The notes beneath the pieces are model-generated. The model ran no database searches. It saw only the letters and a list, made by a program, of their open reading frames with translations, and was not told the DNA's origin. Below, in pieces: positions 12,441-26,337 of a DNA stretch of 64,000 nt. Position numbers and translations under genes: made by a program. How positions within the stretch are numbered: the first letter of the stretch is position 1; each line of letters opens with the position of its first letter. This DNA comes from Takakia lepidozioides (taxonomy: Eukaryota > Plantae > Bryophyta): the NCBI GenBank assembly GCA_030704615.1, contig CM060733.1, forward strand, positions 62,000,001-62,064,000, in the 5' to 3' direction.

Positions 12441-15400
12441 GACACTGATGGCGTGTAGTGAACAGGCTTGCTCAGGTCCACCGTGAACTTGTTTACCCCT
12501 ATCTGTGTGTGTTGATCACAACCACTGCATGCTTCTCGGCTTGAACAGCTGCCTACCTTCCTTGGCTGCTGGTATACGGCGATAAGTAAGCTACCCCCCG
12601 AAACTCTTCCAATCCATCTGAATGTTTTCTAAGAACCTCCTTAAGAGCTTTAGTTGGAAAGCCACTTACAGCCAATTTTGGATCCAACGCAGTGATCTCT
12701 AGGGCAACACCTTCTTCAGTGCGCCTACTCTTTGACATCATGAGTAGCTTCCGCAACTTCTCCACCATGGGTCCTTCCAACTGCCCTAGAGCACCGAACA
12801 ACGAATGCCTTACGAGTACATTCTCTCCATCTGCGATGCGATCGGTGTGTGAAACCCCTCCGCGCTCGAGCACCCTTCCCCGCGCTGCAAGACAGTTACT
12901 TTGGGCAGTCCGGGCAGATATAAACAAATTGACGACAATGACGTGGCGACGATGATGTGGCACTATTGCACCCTATATCTGCTCTACGCTAAACTAGCTT
13001 CCGACCTTTGGTCGTCGCTAGAACTAGGGCTTCGCGTTGCTCCCCACTACTAGTGACGAATTCTGAGAATTTCCTTTTTTTTTCACGAGAAGGGGTGGGT
13101 CATCCCTATGGTGTTACATACATACATCCCGTATTTCATTATTTTTCGCAAGAAAATGGTATACATTTCATTGCCAGATGTATCAGCTGTCGCAATGGCT
13201 TGGAGTCTTCCTTTGTTTGATGAGAGGTAGGGCATACTCGAGGATGTGGGGAGGGCCGCACGCTAAATGAAGTTTTCCAAAAATCTCATGAAGTTTCTTG
13301 GAACAAGTCCCCACCTCATGGGCTATAAATGATCTTGAAGAAAGAGTGAAAATTATTGTCATATGCAAAAGTTAGTGGGATCCATCTGAACCTGATAAAC
13401 AGTAAAGGGTTAACTGGATATGTACTTTTATATTTTACCAATATAATCCTTTTTTTCACTTATTTTATTTTACTCCACAAAATGTTTTATGCTAAATACA
13501 CTCAGAGTTATTTTAAAAACTCTTAGCCAGTCCATACCACTGAGGCCTTGTGATGGCATAGCACCGACTTCGTCATTTGCCTCCATGACTGGCCAACCGC
13601 AATTCTTGTCTTTTTATGTCCCAGAAGGAACCCAATTGGGCCCCATCGCAGTGTTGGAGGGTGACCACCCACTTGACAGATTGTGTTAATCATTAACTGG
13701 AGTATTGCAAGGGATAGCATCCCAACCATTGTTGACAGGAACAGAACGAATGGGTGAGGAAGGGAAGGCATCCCATCCAGTGTTTTGGACTTCCCATTCA
13801 TTAATCCATGCACATTCGGGACTATGAGCAGTAGAATCCCAGTGTTCAGCCACCCTTCTTTGCCCAGAGTACATCCGTTTATGCTAAATTGCGCAAAAGA
13901 GCCTGGATCCGATATTGGCGCATACATTCAACACATCGACCCCAGAAAAGAAACCCGCCAAGTGTTTTATCATATTACCTGATTTGAATGGCATCCCTAA
14001 AGGCGCCATAGCCAACATGTGCAAGAGACCCGTCCTCAAGGACCTCCTGTGTGCGCTGCTTGTGTCTGTAGTCAGGTAATGTCGGATTGGTCTGTGAGAA
14101 CCACCACTGTGCAGCTAAGCAGGCAGAGATTGAAACATGCGGCTGACTCTCCTAAGAACCTTGTAAACATCAAGAAGAATACCAAATCATGGTACTACAG
14201 GAGCCAAGAGCCCATATTTGTGGTTGCGGTGCATGTTGCGCTTCGCCCCTTCTCCATCCCATGCCCCTGCATATCCTCCGATCATCGTGTTCCATGACAC
14301 AACATCTTTTTGGCTCTATACTAAGAAAACGCACAGGAGACAATAAAGCCAAGAGGAGGCTAAGTCCCAGCCCTTTAATGGGCAACCCTATAAACAACTT
14401 TTTGAATTTTTTAACCTTTTGGTACCAAGCTAGCACTAGAAGTCATTCCGGCAACTATTTGGTGGTGAGCTCACGCTGGTCAACCATCGTTGACCAACCC
14501 TTCCTCAAGTGCGGAGTCACGTAGGCATTCAAACATCTAACCATGTAGTCCCTTGGATGACTACGTGACTACATAGTCATCTGAACGACTACGTAAAGCA
14601 CAATTTGGTCTACAAATATAGGGAAGTCATGGTCATAGTCAGAAAAACCATCGTCTTACCATACCTGATACATAGAATTCATGGAACACACCAATAAAAG
14701 GGGGGCCTGCCCACTGCCCACCAGCGGCGTTGCATGGAGGGCCCCAAGTTTGGGCACCTCCTTGGGGTCCTCCATTGGACCCACATGGAATCCATGACCA
14801 CGTGTTCATCGTCTGTGGAGGGGCCATGGGCTGCTGCCAGGTAGGTGCTCCTTGCTGCAGCCACGTTTGCCCACCTCTGGATTGCACCCATGGGCCATTC
14901 GGGCCTTGTTGCACCCATGTCGTAGGTGGACCAGTAGCATTCACCACAGCCTCAGTCCCCCCTTCCTTTGCGCGCTTTGATGCAGCCTAACACAAGCCCC
15001 CTCCACCCCACAAAGTTAGCAATGATGAAAAATAAGGTCAACCGGGCAACGAGCAAGGTCGCCAGTTCGTGAACGCATACAAACCTTGGCCCAACGTGCC
15101 AAGAAAAGTTTGGCATCCAATGGCGTGAATGCATGGAATGTCATGCTCTGGCGCCCTAGCAATGTCCCACATCCATTCAGTATTAAAACCCTAACACATG
15201 TTCTAACCCTTTGAAATTTAATCCAGCAGTCAAGCCATACATAGTACAACTCGTGAGCCATTCATCTTTCTCACAAAGTTTCCAAGTCATTCACATTTAG
15301 GAAAGAACCAAGGTTTGATATATAACATTTATCACCATATATGCAGATTGTAAACTCATCACAAAAGCAGATTGCAGGTCTGGAGATAACTCTCCAGAAC

Positions 15401-15774
15401 CAGACTCAAAGCATATCAGGTTCGAAATGAAACAATCAACCACTCATGCCTTAAGTTCACAAGCCAATCATAGTAATAATAGGCTTGGTTATATAAACCA
15501 ATCACCATCTCAGTCACTGTAAGCATATACATTTTATGAGCCATTCTCTAGCCTCTCCCTCACTCTCAGTCCAGCCCCACACACTCCCTTCTCCATCAGT
15601 TCATCACTCCAAAGATCATTCCTCCGCCATACACCCCAGCCTCTTACTCACTTAGATTTATCCTAAACCTTGCTCGGTTCTGCCTCTACCTCTGCTTTAC
15701 ACAAAACCCTACCCTAAACCCTACACATCATGAAAATGCTCAATCGCTTCCACAATCTGAGAGGAACTAAGGGT

Positions 15775-15912
15775 GAGATTGTACACATAAGACGTTGTTT
15801 GCCGTAGCCTTGTGGCCATTGACCCCGCGCCCAGTTTGAGCGGGAACAAAAGGAACAGAACCTACCTCTGTCAGGGGCTGACGTTGGTAGTAAGACTTAC
15901 CTTCATATAAAG
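15775..15912 (-). mobile_element. Short 3'-end fragment of the same LINE family
   Basis: Near-identical to ~5351-5488 (gagattgtacWcataagacgttgtttgccgtagcc...). Confidence 0.85.
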
Positions 15913-16147
15913 ACCACATGTCCTCCTTCCAACTAAGTTCAGCAAATGTTCAACAATCCTTTCACCATCTCTTCACACAAGACATCCCCTACTTTAATGA
16001 TTGTACCGCTGGCATGAGCAACATCTAAAGGCAGTACACCAGCAACACTTCACCAGCAGAGACACCCATTCCATAGCACTCAAGCACTTTCATGACCTCC
16101 TACTGTAATTCAGAATGTTGTTCCTTCTCCCATGAGTATCAAACCCC

Positions 16148-16486
16148 GCGATCGCGGTTGTCCCACCATCGTGCATGCCTTCATGCCCCGATTCTAGGGC
16201 TTGAGTCCTTGTCTGCCCCCTATCCCACCAGCTCCGCTCGTCATTGTACATTGAGAAAAGCCACACCTTGCGATCGCGGTTGTCCCATCATCGTGCACGC
16301 CTTCATGCCCCAATTCTAGGTCTTGAGTCCTTGTCTGCCCCCTATCCCACCAGCTTTGCTCGTCATTGTACATTGAGAAAAAGCCACACCTTGCGATCGC
16401 GGTCGTCCCACCATCGTGCACACCTTCATGCCCCGATTCTAGGTCTTGAGTCCATGTCTGTCCCTATCCCACCAGCTCCGCTCGTC
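16148..16486. repeat. Tandem repeat, 122-123-bp unit x ~2.8
   Basis: Units begin gcgatcgcgg at 16148, 16270 and 16393. Confidence 0.9.
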
Positions 16487-16507
16487 GTCTCTCATGATCA
16501 GACTCGA

Positions 16508-17598
16508 CACTATAAGAAAACAAACATAGCTCTGTCATGTTTGTCTTTCACGATCAAACTCGACACAAAGAAAACAAACAGATGCCACAATGGCAGGGAA
16601 GACAAAAAAAAATGTGAAGTCCCCTCACTCATGACTGGATGGATGAATGTAGCGATAGATGGATGGATTTTTGGGTTTTCCATCAACACACAAACCACTA
16701 AAGTTTTTCACCACAGAAGTAATACCAATCGCTGGTGTGTATGTAATCATTAACGCGTAACCACTCGGCCAGTGGTTCCAACCACTGTCCGAGTGGTTCC
16801 AGTTACTAAATGGTCTGTAACCACTCACTCTACACCACTCTCAAAGTGGTACCAATCAATGGGGGTCTTTAACCACTCCATATCTACGTATATTGTCCCC
16901 GTCCACGTGGAATAATATAGTTCATAATTAAATATATTTTGAAATGATAAATCTTAAATAAAAATTGAATTATTACACGTGGAGTAGCAAGTGGTTTCAA
17001 TCACCTCCCATCACTCAGGTGTCTTCAACCACTCACAACCCACCCCAAAAGTAGTACCAATCACTCACGTGTATGTAACCACTCACAAGTGCCCACTTGA
17101 AGAGTGGTTCCAGTTACAAAAGGGTCTTAACCACTCACATTCCACCACTGTGCAAGTGGTACCAATCACTGGGGGGTCTTTAACCACTCCAGATCTACGT
17201 ATACTATCCTCATCCACGTGGAATAATATATTTTGAAATGATAAAAATCTTTAAAAAAAAATTATTACACGTGGAGTAGAAAGTGGTTTCAACCACTTCC
17301 CATCACTGAGGTGTCTTTAACCACTCATAATTTATCACTGTACCCGTCCATGTCGGATATTATCATTATTAATATAAATATTTGACCAAATGTCGAATAA
17401 TAAATATAAAATTAAATATTACACGTGGATTACTCAGTGGTTGAAACCACTTCCAACCACTCCATATTTTGCCACCGTGGCATTTCATCGGAATTAACCA
17501 GTGACCAATGGTTACCATTACTTGGAGTGATTTATAGAGTGATAAAAGACAAGAGCGGTTAAGGGGGCCAGTGGTTATTCCGCGTTTTTCTTCTAGTG
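16508..17598. mobile_element. Non-autonomous CACTA/EnSpm-like element truncating the hAT transposase
   Basis: CACTATAAGAAAA at 16508-16520 and TTTTCTTCTAGTG at 17586-17598. Dense ACCACT/AGTGGT subterminal repeats and ~300-bp internal duplications. The 3-bp flanks (cga/tgt) do not match. Confidence 0.6.
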
Positions 17599-19655
17599 TG
17601 TGAACAAATGAGTAATTGCTCCAATTGCGTTCGTAAGATGAGACAAAACACACTTGGGCAATAATACGCTTCGTAATGGGAGCCAATGTTCTTGCTACAG
17701 CTCCAATCAAATCCCACCATTCATGTGGCAACATGTTGAGCTCTTTTGAATCCGATATGTCCTCAAAAGGGTCGCGGCGATCTGAAAAGCATTGGTACTC
17801 AGATATAGCTCCCTCTGTCATGTTCAAAGGAGCCAGTCGCATGAGCACTCGTACGAGGCCGGCCTTGGCATCAGCGTCGTCTCGGAGCATGGTATTGTCG
17901 AGCAAGAATGGATTGAGCAAAGCCCCCACATAATGCAAGTCCGTTCGAACCATTGACCGACGCTCGTAAAATGCATCCTCGGCACTGTCCGCAAGGTCAG
18001 GTTTCAAGGAGAAATGATGATGCCTCAAGGATTGGATATGCTTATCAGATCATTAGTAACCATGTCTTGCCCATTACTGATTTTCCATCAAACTCCCCAT
18101 GGAAACGCTCTTTAATGGAACCTTAGCTTTAGGTGGTCGTGACCAAGAAACCACAGGTTTTGCCCGATGGGCAGGTATCGCCTGACTGATTAACCTGTCC
18201 GGTAAATTACTTAGCACTTACGTAGCTCATGCCGGATCGATCGTATTCTAGGCCGAAACGATGAATCCATCTGAAGTGGCTCATTTCGTGCCCCCGCAAG
18301 ACAATTAGCACCGGCTCTACCATATAAACAAAGTTCTCAGATTTCTTCCAGAAATCATTGTTGCGGATGGTGTTGCGAACCTTTCGACTTTTGCCCAATG
18401 ACTTGGCTTTTCTCGAGTCCCACAACGTCCGTGTGTACGCCTCCCATTGAGGATCGATGACGGTGTGCTTGAGACTGCTCTTGACCGTCACCAACCGATC
18501 CACCATCAAGAAGTTAGTGGCAAAACGAGTTTCGTCTGGATTCCGGAGGCTGTATTTTGGTTCATGCCTCCTATATACTGCCAAAGGGATGTGGTGTATG
18601 TGGATGAGCAACACAACGGTCTTCGCTCGCCACACAAGTTGTTTCACCCACTGTTTTTTTTCTCAATCTTCCAAAAGGAGGTCAAGGATATGAGCTGCAC
18701 AACCTTGGTAGTACATGTGGGGATATCGTGCCAATAACATGTCTGCAGTGTTCCTCATGTTAGCGGCATTGTCCGTGCATATTTGCACGATTCTATCACT
18801 TCTGACCTGTTCGATGAAGTCTGTCAGTAGCCCACATTTATAACGTCCATATTTCTTCTCGCCACTAGTGTCCATCGATCCCAAGAACTGTTCCCCACCT
18901 GGATATACGAGCATGACATTGAACAATGGTTTGTTTGTAATAGAACTCCATCCATCGGCACATATAGTGCTTCTATATTTTCTCACAGACTCGTCCGTCC
19001 TATCGTTGACCTTTTGGGTAAGCTCTGTCATGACATCTTCTAGCAATCATGTGCGGAGATCGTGATAAGAAAGAGGCACGTACTTGGATTTGGACTCCGA
19101 GGTTGCTTTAATGGGAGAAACAAATGCTGGAAGCCTTGCCACATTAAACGGTATGTTGGCCTCAAAGAAAAATTGTGCCCATTTTTTATCCAACTGTTTT
19201 TTTGCAGACAAGTTAAGGCCTTCATGCATGAATTGCTGTCGTAACCCTCTACTCCGTTGAAGTGTAGGGGTACAAAGAGGTGTTGAAGCAGGTATTGCTC
19301 CGGCACAACCCACTTATCCAAGGACATCTGAAGCCTCACAAGAGTCCCCTTGGGTACTAATCGGGGCATCCTGACGGAAAAATGAAGGGTTCTGCTTAGA
19401 GGTCGTGTCTAGATTCAGAGACATTGGAATATTGCCCCCACACTAAGCAAAGTGGCTTTTTACCCGCATAGATGCTTTAGGGCATAAACCTACCCCATTG
19501 CTTTTCACACCTCTATAGCCGAGGTGAACGAGTAGCCGATCCTTACGATAAGAAAGCTGCAGTGCACATGGGTTGCACCCAACAGTTTCAGTGGCACTAA
19601 CAGTGTTCGGGATTACCGTACACCAAGGGGTCCATTCCTCTCTCATCTTTACCCA
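17599..19655 (-). pseudogene. hAT transposase pseudogene (BED-like finger, DUF659, dimerisation domain)
   Basis: CNPC..DRLLVHL..C; WAQFFFEANIPFNVA; ICADGWSS; QICTDNAANM; CAAHILDLLLED; ETRFATNF; PHEWW..SSYERNWSNYSFVH. Frameshifted. Confidence 0.9.
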
Positions 19656-21255
19656 ATATCCACTCCCCTGGGCCCTAGTGATGTAAGCAACAAAAAACAG
19701 TGACCTATATATGAACTTGTGAATGTACAGTGCAATGCGACAGCCCAACACTTCTACATCTGTCACCAACCCAAGTAGGTCGATGCGCGTAGTAGTGTTG
19801 AGCTTATACACAATCTGCTGAAGTGGCTTTGGTGGAAGCCACAACGGCAAAAGGTGCACACCCTCCTCTTGGACTACACTCTCGTTCAATGGAAGAGAAC
19901 ATCTAAAGCAACCTCAAGTGTTTGCGCCAAAAGAAGTGAGGAGCTTGCACTACAAGAGATGAGCGTTTTTAGGACTACGGGTTTGGCGAAGTCATAAAAA
20001 CTGCACTAGGTACATGACTACAGAGCGCTGAAATGCATTACAGTTTTAGTTTTATGACTTTGTAGTAATGGATATCACTACATGACTCCGGAAAGTTAGG
20101 GAGCATTGGTCAAACATTATTGACCATGATGACAGGGATGGTTTATATGACTAGTGTGATATGTTTGACTACACGTGGACGACGTTTCATGGAATCTTAT
20201 GACTCCATGACTGAAGATGGTTTCAGAGCTCTATTTATATGACTACATCACTACACGTGTCATTTTGAAGGCACATATAATGCAAATAAGGTTGCCCATT
20301 AGGTTTAAAAAAGTTAAATTTTTTGCTAATAAGGTTGCCCATTAGTGTAATCGTGAACAGAAAGGAGGCCTGGGACTTGGCGTCTTTTTGTCTCCTGCGC
20401 CACACCACATAGCTGAGGGATGGAACGCGATGATAGCAGGATATGCAAGGGCGTGGGATGGAGGCGTTGAGCAAATGATGCACGAAGGAGAAGAGGAGGA
20501 GGAGACGAGAGGAGGACAAGCGAGCTCGCCGTTCTTGGGAGAGTCAGCTTGGTCTTAGCAAGCGTGTTTCAATCTCTGACTACTCATCTACGCCGTAGTG
20601 GTTCGATCTGACAGACTAATCCGACATTACCTGACTACAGACACAAGCAGCACACACAAGAGGTCATCGGTCAAATCCTCCATGGGTCAGGACAAGTCAA
20701 GGACAATGTGGTAGGGCACCTTCTTCTTCAACCTATTTCAGCCTGTGTTGCCCTCTCATCAGACTCGGCCGCAAGATGCATATTGAATTCTGTAAGTTAG
20801 GTCGTTGGGTACATCTGTGGTGGTTTGGAGTGACTTTGGAAAGTTACTGCCAGTGTGGCAGCATGGAAGTATCCAAAAATATATAATAGAGGTGAGGAGA
20901 AGCTTTGGGGTGAACACTTTCCGACCCCAATGGTGGGACAATGGAGACAAAAAGGCGAATGCCTGTTGGACTACAGAGAGAAGCAGATGCATTTCAGATT
21001 GTGATAAGTAGGGTTGGGGTGTTTTGGGGAAGAACTCCACACCAGTATGGTTGGGGTGTTTGCTGGTAGCATTGTAGGCTGTCAGAGGCATGGATAGCTG
21101 AAGGAGCAGGGATAGAGTGTGGGTCCAGATTCATCCAAGAGGGCTGGATTTCAAGCTCCACATTACCTATGATTCCCTGTGGAAGGATAGGTACAAGAAA
21201 CCTACATGGATAGATGGTCAACTGGAAGCGGCATGCTGTACTATATGTCATTACT

Positions 21256-22134
21256 ATACTATATGTCATTCCAGAGACTGTCATTGTTGGTCCATGTGTT
21301 TTACAACAATGCTATCAATATAAGACTCCTGGTTCGCATTGGAAGCTCAATCCCTGCAAGTCCATTGTGTGTGAAGCTCAAATTTGCGATTTGAAGGATC
21401 TTGTAGCCAAGTTCATTCAACCGGAAAGGAGAAATTCTGAAAGCTCCCAAATTTGATGTGGGCAAGCTTATGGAGGTAAGACTTAGCTTCCCTCCTCTAA
21501 TGTAAGTGTTGGATAAGTTTCATTTAATGTCGACCTTCACTACATATATTGGCTCTTTTCTTGGCTGGTTTCATATTTTCTTGGCTGGTATGCTGTTGGT
21601 TGGCTTCTTTCATTTCACGTGTGTAGTGGAAGGGGAGAAGTACTTTCCTAAGTTCTGCTGCAACAATGTCTTTTTCCAGCCTAGATGTTTTCGATGGATA
21701 CAAATTGAAGTGCTTTGAATGTTGCTGCAGTACTATAATAAAGTGGAGGGTGCTGAATGCAGTTGGCCTTGCTTCGTGCAGGCATAATCCAGGGAAATGT
21801 GGACATAGCTGAAACCCCATGATAGCATTTCCAGAGGACGGTGTGGATGGCCTCACAATCCAGCATGCAAAATCCATGACAATGTGGAGCTGGCTGAATG
21901 GGCAAACAGGTTAAGTGGCGAACAAGCCACGTCACTGGTACATAGTTGCATGCTTACATAGTACATGAAAGCGTACTATATGTCATTCCCGAAATTGACC
22001 ATGTTGGTCCATGTATTTTACAACAATGCTATCAATAAAAGACCAATGGTTCGCATTGGGAACTCTATCCCCGTAAGTGGCTTGTGCGTGATGCTCAAAC
22101 TTGTGATTTGAAGGATCTTATACCCCAGTTCATT
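21256..22134 (+). repeat. Two diverged direct copies of a ~160-bp coding-like segment
   Basis: 21256-21417 and 21975-22134 (tactatatgtcattcc...tttgaaggatctt..agttcatt). Confidence 0.8.
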
Positions 22135-25100
22135 GCAGAGGTGATTGGAAAAGACATTGAGAAGGCAACAGCCGTTATCTATAATCTACAGATCCCCTTC
22201 AATTTGATGTGGGAGCGCCTAGGGCGAGCTGTGAGGAGTAGTGGCGGTTAGAGCCACGGAAGGCCGCGAACATGAAGAGTGGAAAAAAATAAAAAAAAAT
22301 AAAAAAATCTTTTTTCACTCGTTTCGTGGGACCTTGATGGGGAGGCTGGGCTCTGAAGAACAACGGTTTTGAGCTAGCTGATCCGGCAGAAAAGTCGGAA
22401 TTGCCTCCCTGTTGCATTTAAACAAAGGGGATTACTTCCCTGCAGGTAATCTTTTCGGGTTTTCAGCCCAGTTCTTAACTATGGGGGAGACCAGCCTGCA
22501 GGTAATTCCTTTGGACAGAATGTTGTTGGGGCCTATATGTACCTCTATTTGCTCCATTTTTGAACCTTCAGTGAATGGCGTGGTTTCCTGAGGTGGTTCC
22601 ATTATGAGGAATGACGGGTGGACGTAAGGATGCACTGGCAGACCCTGTGGAGGCTTGCACGGGGCCTTGGAGGCCAAGTTTCATGAGCTCGTGGAGGGCG
22701 GTTTGAGGAGTGTCTACATGATGCTCTCATGGTCATGCAAGTGAGAGAAGAGAGGAAAAAAGAGGGTGTTGGGACGAGAGCGTGCTGGGGATAGGCATTG
22801 CTTTAGCTTCCATTCCTCGTAGCTTTCCACCTTCTCTGTAGGCCGAGACCTTTCCGTAGGTGGAGGCAAGAGTCAGTCCGGGTTTGGGCTGGGTTGCAGG
22901 AGCGACATTGTGGAGAGATTTTTGGTGTGGGGGAGTTGTTGTTTTCATTCTTGTGTTTGGATCCCCTCCACACCTGCATGCTTGATTGTGCGCCATGCTA
23001 GTTTTGTGTGGGCGCTTGATTTTATAGGTGGTGGACTGGGGCTTGATCGCCGATCCCACCCTAGAGCATGCTGTCGATGGTGAGGCTGGGTTGATGACCA
23101 GTCAGACCATCTTTGTTTCTCCTATGGTGAGGTTGGAGGTGATGACCAGCCAACCATAAGAGTGCCTGCGGTGGATGCAGGTGCAGGTGCAGGCTATGTT
23201 AGGAACCTAGTATTCCAAACCATAAGCCGCATCAGGTTCTCTACCCGGTTACCTTGTGGAGAGGGGATTAGAGACAGGTTCATGACCGGTTGAGTGTTAG
23301 TTTGTCAACACGGAGGTGCCACTAGTTGCTGGGGAAAGTGCCGGTACGAGCACTAGCGATACTAGCGGGTATACGAGACGAGGTGTGCGGTTTAGGCCAC
23401 CTTCACCTCCTGTGTCTTCTACGGAAGGTTCTGATTCGGATTGTGAATCAGGAGGACTCACACCGGCGGTGCAAGTTGTTTCCTTGCCATTGTTGTGGGA
23501 CACGATGGAGGAGATGTATGGAGCCACCAAGGGGCCACGAAGGTACTCTGGGGCAGTGGGCACCATTGAGTTGGATGATTTTATCCAAGAGTTTGATAGT
23601 TGGTGTGACTTACAGCAAATGCGCAATCCACAACTGTTTACGCCTTTTATGGCATGGAAGGGGCTGTTTCAGCACCTTGAGGGACCGCCCATGGATGATT
23701 ACCATGAGTTTAGGCGGGGGCACGATTTTGAGATCGAGGAGTGGAGGATGTACTGGTCACCCGACTATGTCTCCATCACTAGAGGCACTAGAGGCACAAG
23801 GGCAGCAGCCACACCGGCAGCTGCACCAGCTATAACAGCAGTTTCCACGAGCAGTAGTAGGACTAATGGTACAGCAGCTATGACGGCTACCCAAGCTACT
23901 GCTGCACCAGCACCAGTGGCGGTGCCTGCCTTCAACCCTGTTGTGGAGTTCTTCGAAGAGTTGAGAAGGAACTACCAAGGGGTGAAGACAGAGAAGTTGA
24001 GGAGCTTGCAAGAGTTCCAGAGGAAGCCTACTGAGAGCTTGAGGGAGGCTTTCACTCGCATGAGGCGCTTGATTAATGTAACCCAAGGGGTTACAGAAGC
24101 TCAGACACCCAGTTCTGGTATGGGATATTGGACAAGGAGCTGAGGAGAAGGGTGCGGGATGCAACTCTCCTACAAGCGGCCCAACCCACCTTAGCAAATT
24201 TGTTTTTGCTGGCAGAGCGGATAGAGCTCAACATGGTGGAGGAACGAGTGGTCATTGTGGGATTTGCTAAGGAGGCACCACGGGGTAGTGGTGCTCCTAG
24301 CTAGCCACTACCTCAACGTGCTCAAGGCAACAAGGGAGCTCAGGTGAAGCCCAGAGAAGGACAGAGAGGACCTCAGATGCAGGGGTCTCTCCCTTCATTT
24401 GCAAGCCAACAATGGGCGGATGTGGTTTGCTGGACATGTGGAGGACCCCATGTCAAGAAGGATTGCCCAGAGGGAGGCAATGGTTTGGCACCGGCACAGC
24501 CTGCACAATTGCAATGTGGGCATTGTGGCAAGTACGGGCATGGAGAAGCCCAGTGCTATGGTTTGCATCCTGAGTTGCGCCCAGGCCAGTTCCAAGGCAA
24601 CAATGGTGGCCGGGGGCGAGGTGGAGCAGCCCAGAGAGGACAAGGTGGCCAGACACGAGGTGCAGGCCAAGGGAAAGCTCAACATGGCCAAGGACGCGGA
24701 GGTCAGGGTGGTGACCAAGGCATGGCCAACTGGATTCAGCAGCTAGAGCAGAGGCTCGCTGCCATGGCCACAGCTCAGGTGGTACCGGCTCCAAGGCCGG
24801 ATGGTCCACCTCCTGCTCCTGAGGAGGAGACATGGGAGGCATGGGATTCATGTGCGGGGCAGCACTACCACTAGTGAGGGGTGCCACTACCACTACCACT
24901 GTGGGTGGGGCACCAATACCACTAGTGTCGGGCAGCACTACCACTACCACTATGTGCGGGGCAGGACTACCATTAGTGCAAGTGGAGTTAGTTGCGGCAG
25001 TGACTCGAGGAGCAACACGAGTTCCTGAGCCACGGGGTGCGGAGGTGGAGTTGGATCCACAGTGTGGGGAGGCAAGCCGCCAGGCCAGGCTTCCTCAGTC

Positions 25101-26337
25101 ATTCACATTGGCGGAGATAGTGTCGATGCCGTCCATGGCACCTAGTTCTCGCCCGACTGTTACCGAGGCGGAGGTTACTATGCCATTGGGGAGAGCTACA
25201 CGGGCAACATCACTACCTAGTGTTGCCAAAGCTACGGCAGCTAGTGTGCTGCTGGGGGCGGCCACAGCTATGTGCCAGGCTCCATTGTTCTCGGCAACCA
25301 TGATTGCGACGCCGGGGGTAAGACCAGCTGAGGTGTTCAGGCTGGCAGCCACACTCTGTGAGAATGGGGAGGTTACTTCATCTTCTGCGGAGATAGTGGG
25401 AGGTGTAGTGCCAGAGGGATCCTCGGATGTGAGGGTCAAGACGGCCACGGCGGCGCCATGGCAAGCTGCAGCTGCTAGGTTGATGGAGCTGCCAGCTAGG
25501 CCAGCCATTGAGCGCGCCATGGTGACACCTGGAGTTGTCATGTTAGACAACCAGGATGACATTTTCTATTTGAGTGGACCGGCAGGCAAGAGGTACCGGC
25601 CACTGCGGGTCTTGTTGGACTCGGGGGCTCAGCCATTGATGCTGGGCAGAGCTGCTATTGCAGGCTTGGGCCTCACGGAGGCGGATATGGAGCCGTGCCC
25701 TTTCCAGATACAGACATCTCTGGGAGGATCAAAGCAGGCTCGGGGCATGACACGGCGTGAGTTGGCTATCAGACTACAGCCAGATCATCCTACAGATGGC
25801 TCAGTGATGAGAGCCAAGGCCATTGTGACAAACGCGGTCTCGTACAATGTCCTTATTGGTGGGGCAGTGTTGTACCCCATGGGCTTCACCCTAGATTTTT
25901 GGGAGGAGCCAGCTTCCTATAGGCCTGGTTGGCAGTCAGGGGAGGGCCGGCGTGTGCAGCTCCCTGTGACGTTCATAGGAGGAGTTGCGGTTGCCCAGCG
26001 AGGCAAGATGCCGACACTGGCAGCATTCACAGCTGCAGTGACTTGGCCTGAAGAGTTGTTGGATGGCAACACTCATTCAGAGGATGTGTCATCTCCGGGA
26101 GAGTAGGATGACATGTATGGTATGGCGGAGTTGCCTACCATGGTTGCTCACACTCCATTGTTGGGCTCGAGCAAGGATTTGCAACGGGTTGCTGATCGAC
26201 AAGTGCAACAAGCCTGGGAAGAGGCTTTTGTACCGTCAGGAGAGGAGGACAGTGCGGGGATTGCACCAGGACCACCTCAGTTGTCACCATTAGACACCAC
26301 ACCGATTGTGTGGCAGTGTCCGGATGAAGGCATTTGC

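Larger units (their letters stand above)
14041..20665. mobile_element. 6.6-kb unit bounded by ~0.4-kb imperfect inverted repeats, containing a hAT transposase
   Basis: 14041-~14425 matches the reverse complement of ~20290-20665 (e.g. gctgcttgtgtctgtagtcaggtaatgtcggatt; tccatcccaYgcccYtgcatatcct; taatgggcaacct). ATGACT/GACTAC-rich blocks lie at 14540-14660 and 19970-20250. No TSD found. Confidence 0.55.

Noticed and set aside
15703-15725. aaaccctaccctaaacccta as a telomere remnant
   Set aside because: Too short and degenerate; telo-box-like motifs are common in plant DNA.
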